NCBI GenBank assembly: GCA_043228905.1
Contig: JBHGNT010000145.1
Coordinates: 2,664-66,663 of the forward strand
Direction: 5' to 3'
Source of the DNA: Azolla caroliniana
Taxonomy: Eukaryota; Plantae; Polypodiophyta
DNA: 64,000 bases
Positions within the stretch are counted from its first letter, which is position 1; the number at the start of each line of letters is the position of its first letter. The translations under genes were made by a program, and so were the position numbers. Positions 59,801 to 64,000 of the stretch are shown here, in pieces. Under the pieces are notes generated by a model. That model did no database searches, was not told where the DNA came from, and worked only from the letters and a program-made list of their open reading frames with translations.

Positions 59801-62800
59801 GTATGAACATTTTAATTTACTCAAGGGCTCCTCTCAACTCACTCCTCAAATTTGCTAATTTCGTCATTTCTCTCGACCTGAGTTTCAAAATCTTGATTTT
59901 TTAACTCCATATCATAGCTAGCGTTGTTAGCTTCGATTCGCATGTTTGAACACAAAAATCCGATATCACACTCGCCAGGTATGAACATTTTAATTTACTC
60001 AAGGCCTCCTCTGAACTCCCTCCTCATGGTTGCTAATTTCGTCGTGTCTCTCGACCTGAGTTTTATAATCTTGATTTTTTAATTCCATTTCATAGCTAGC
60101 GTTGTTAGCTTCGATTCACATGTTTGAACACAAAAATCCGATATCACACGAGCCAGGTATGAACATATTAATTTACTCAAGGCCTCCTCTAAACTCCCTC
60201 CTCATGTTTGCTAATTTCGTCATGTCTCTCGACCTGAGTTTCAAAATCTTGATTTTTTAATTCCATATCACAGCTAGCGTGGTTAGCTTCGATTCGCATG
60301 ATTGAATACAAAAATCCGATATCACACGAGCTAGGTATGAACATTTTAATTTACTCAAGGCCTCCTGTGAACTCCCTCCTCATGTTTGCTAATTTGGTCA
60401 TGTCTCTCGACTTGAGTTTCAAAATCTTGATTTTTTTAATTCCATATCATACCTAGCGTTGTTAGCTTCAATTCGCATGTTTGTACACAAAAATCCGATA
60501 TCACACTCGGTAGGTATGAACATTTTAATGTACTCAAGGGCTCCTCTCAACTCACTCCTCAAATTTGGTAATTTCGTCATTTCTCTCGACCTGAGTTTCA
60601 AAATCTTGATTTTTTAACTCCATATCATAGCTAGCGTTGTTAGCTTCGATTCGCATGTTTGAACACAAAAATCCGATATCACACTCGCCAGGTATGAACA
60701 TTTTAATTTACTCAAGGCCTCCTCTGAACTCCCTCCTCATGGTTGCTAATTTCGTCGTGTCTCTCGACCTGAGTTTTATAATCTTGATTTTTTAATCCCA
60801 TTTCATGGCTAGCGTTGTTAGCTTCGATTCGCATGTTTGAACACAAAAATCCGATATCACACTCGCTAGGTATGAACCTTTTAATTTACTCAAGGCCTCC
60901 TCTGAACTCCCTCCTCATGTTTGCTAATTTCGTCATGTCTCTCGACCTGAGTTTCAAAATCTTGATTTTTTAATTCCATATTATCAATAGCGTTGTTAGC
61001 TTCGATTCGCATGTTTGAACACAAAAATCCGATATCACACGAGCCAGGTATGAACATTTTAATTTACTCAAGGCCTCCTTTGAACTCCCTCCTCATGTTT
61101 GCTAATTTCGTCATGTCTCTCGACCTGAGTTTTAAAATCTTGATTTTTTAATTCCATATCATACCTAACGTTGTTAGCTTCGATTCGCGTGTCTGTACAC
61201 AAAAATCCGATATCACACTCGCTAGGTATGAACATTTTAATTTACTCAAGGGCTCCTCTGAACTCCCTCCTCATGTTTGCTAATTTCGTCATGTCTCTCG
61301 ACCTGAGTTTCAAAATCTTGATTTTTTAAACACATATCATAGCTAGCGTTGTTAGCTTCGATTCGCATGTTAGAACACAAAAATCCGATATCACCCGAGC
61401 TAGGTATGAACATTTTAATTTACTCAAGGCCTCTTGTGAACTCCCTCCTCATGTTTGCTAATTTGGTCATGTCGCTCGACTTGAGTTTCAAAATCTTGAT
61501 TTTTTAATTTCATATCATAGCTAGCGTTGTTAACTTCGATTCGTATATTTGTACACAAAAATCCGATATCACACTAGCCAGATATAAACATTTTAATTTA
61601 CTCAAGGCCTCCTCTGAACTCCCTCCTCATGTTTGCAAATTTCGTCATGTCTCTTGACCTGAGTTTCAAAATCTTGATTTTTTAAATCCATATCATAGCT
61701 AGCGTTCTTAGCTTCGATTCGCATGTTTGAACACAAAAATCCAATATCACACGAGCCAGATATGAACATTTTAATTTACCGACAAGCTCTTCCCAACTCA
61801 CTCCTCAAATTTGGTAATTTCGTCCTGTCTCTCGACCTAGGCTTCAAAATCTTGATTTTTTAACTCCATATCATAGCTAGCGTTTTTAGTTTCGATTCGC
61901 ATGTTTGAACACAAAAATCCGATATCACACTCGCCGGGTATGAACATTTTAATTTACTCAAGGCCTCCTCTGAACTCCCTCCTCATGTTTGCAAATTTCG
62001 TCATGTCTCTCTACTTGAGTTTCAAAATCATGATTTTTTAATTCCATATCATAGCTAGCGTTGTTAGGTTCGATTCGCATGTTTGAACACAAAAAATCCG
62101 ATATCACACGAGCCAGATATGAACATTTTAATTTACCTACTAGCTCTTCCCAACTCACTCCTGAAATTTGGTAATTTCGTCATGTCTCTCGACCTGAGTT
62201 TCAAAATCTTGATTTTTTAATTCCATATCATAGCTAGCGTTGTTATCTTCGATTCGCATGTTTGAACACAAAAATCCAATATCACACGAGCTAGGTATGA
62301 ACATTTTAATTTACTCAAGGCCTCCTCTGAACTCCCTCCTTATGTTTGCTAATTTCGTCATGTCTCTCGACCTGAGTTTCAAAATCTTGATTTTTTAATT
62401 TCATATTATCGATAGCGTTGTTAGCTTCGATTCGCATGTTTGAACACAAAAATCCGATATCACACTCGCTAGGTATGAACATTTTAATTTACTCAAGGGC
62501 TCCTCTCAACTTACTCCTCAAATTTGGTAATTTCGTCATATCTCTGGACCTGAGTTTCAAAATCTTGATTTTTTAACTCCATATCATAGCTAGCGTTATT
62601 AGCTTCGATTCCCACGTTTGAACACAAAAATCCGATATCACACTCGCTAGGTATGAACATTTTAATTTACTCAAGGGCTCCTCTGAACTCACTCCTGAAA
62701 TTTGCTAATTTCGTCGTGTCTCTCGACCTGAGTTTTATAATCTTGATTTTTTAATTCCATTTCATAGCTAGCGTTGTTAGCTTCGATTCGCATGCTTGAA

Positions 62801-64000
62801 CACAAAAATCCGATATCACACGAGCCAGGTATGAACATTTTAATTTACTCAAGGCCTCCTCTAAACTCCCTCCTCATGTTTGCTAATTTCGTCATGTCTC
62901 TCGACCTGAGTTTCAAAATCTTGATTTTTTAATTCCATATCATAGCTACCGTTGTTAGCTTCGATTCGCATGTTTGAATACAAAAATCCGATATCACACG
63001 AGCTAGGTATGAACATTTTAATTTACTCAAGGCCTCCTCTGAACTCCCTCCTCATGTTTGCTAATTTGGTCATGTCTCTCGACTTGAGTTTCAAAATCTT
63101 GATTTTTTAATTCCATATTATCGATAGCGTTGTTAGCTTCGATTCGCATGTTTGTACACAAAAATCCGATATCACACTCGCTAGGTATGAACATTTTAAT
63201 CTACTCAAGGGCTCCTCTCAACTCACTCCTCAAATTTGGTAATTTCGTCATTTCTCTCGACCTGAGTTTCAAAATCTTGATTTTTTAACTCCATATCATA
63301 GCTAGCGTTGTTAGCTTCGATTCGCATGTTTGAACACAAAAATCCGATATCACACTCGCCAGGTATGAACATTGTAATTTACTCAAGGCCTCCTCTGAAC
63401 TCCCTCCTCATGGTTGCTAATTTCGTCGTGTCTCTCGACCTGAGTTTCATAATCTTGATTTTTTAATTCCATTTCATAGCTAGCGTTGTTAGCTTCGATT
63501 CGCATGTTTGAACACAAAAATCCGATATCACACGAGCCAGGTACGAACATTTTAATTTACTCAAGGCCTCCTCTGAACTCCCTCCTCATGTTTGCTAATT
63601 TCGTCATGTCTCTCGACCTGAGTTTCAAAATCTTGATTTTTTAATTCCATATTATCGATAGCGTTGTTAGCTTCCATTTGCATGTTTAAACACAAAAATC
63701 CGATATCACACGAGCCAGGTATGAACTATTTAATTTACTCAAGGCCTCCTTTGAACTCCCTCCTCATGTTTGCTAATTTCGACATGTCTCTCGACCTGAG
63801 TTTCAAAATCTTGATTTTTTAATTCCATATCATAGCTAGCGTTGTTAGCTTCGATTCGCATGTTTGACTACTAGCTCTTCCCAACTCACTCCTCAAATTT
63901 GGTAATTTCGTCCTGTCTCTCGACCTAGGTTTCAAAATCTTGATTTTTTAACTCCATATCATAGCTAGCGTTTTTAGTTTCGATTCGCATGTTTGAACAC
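53829..64000. repeat. Continuation of the same 178-bp satellite array, same orientation; runs off the window end
   Basis: The interrupted monomer resumes in register after the TSD (CTCTC AACTCACTCCTCAAATTTG...). The monomer variants are the same as on the left. Confidence 0.98.

Overview
About 91% of the window is one head-to-tail array of an AT-rich 178-bp satellite, probably centromeric or pericentromeric and eukaryotic. From memory it does not match Arabidopsis CEN178. The left part (about 1-23 kb) is highly homogenised into higher-order repeats: a 13-mer, then 8-mer/1424-bp units of two variants. The right part is more diverged, with kb-scale duplications and short deletions. One intact, very young 5787-bp Ty3/gypsy chromovirus LTR retrotransposon (48042-53828, TGTCA..TGACA ends, 5-bp TSD CTCTC) is inserted in the array; it looks Tf1/sushi/Tcn1-like. 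It has no tRNA primer-binding site and instead shows a 12-nt self-priming complementarity. It has a -1 frameshift cassette (GTTAAAC plus stem/pseudoknot) and an integrase with a canonical chromodomain. Its LTRs carry several unexpected modules: a tRNA-like A-box/B-box segment on the minus strand at the LTR edge, a long in-phase heat-shock element next to the TATA box, a (CT)n tract and repeated TAGTACTA palindromes. All calls come from reading the sequence by eye; no searches were run.
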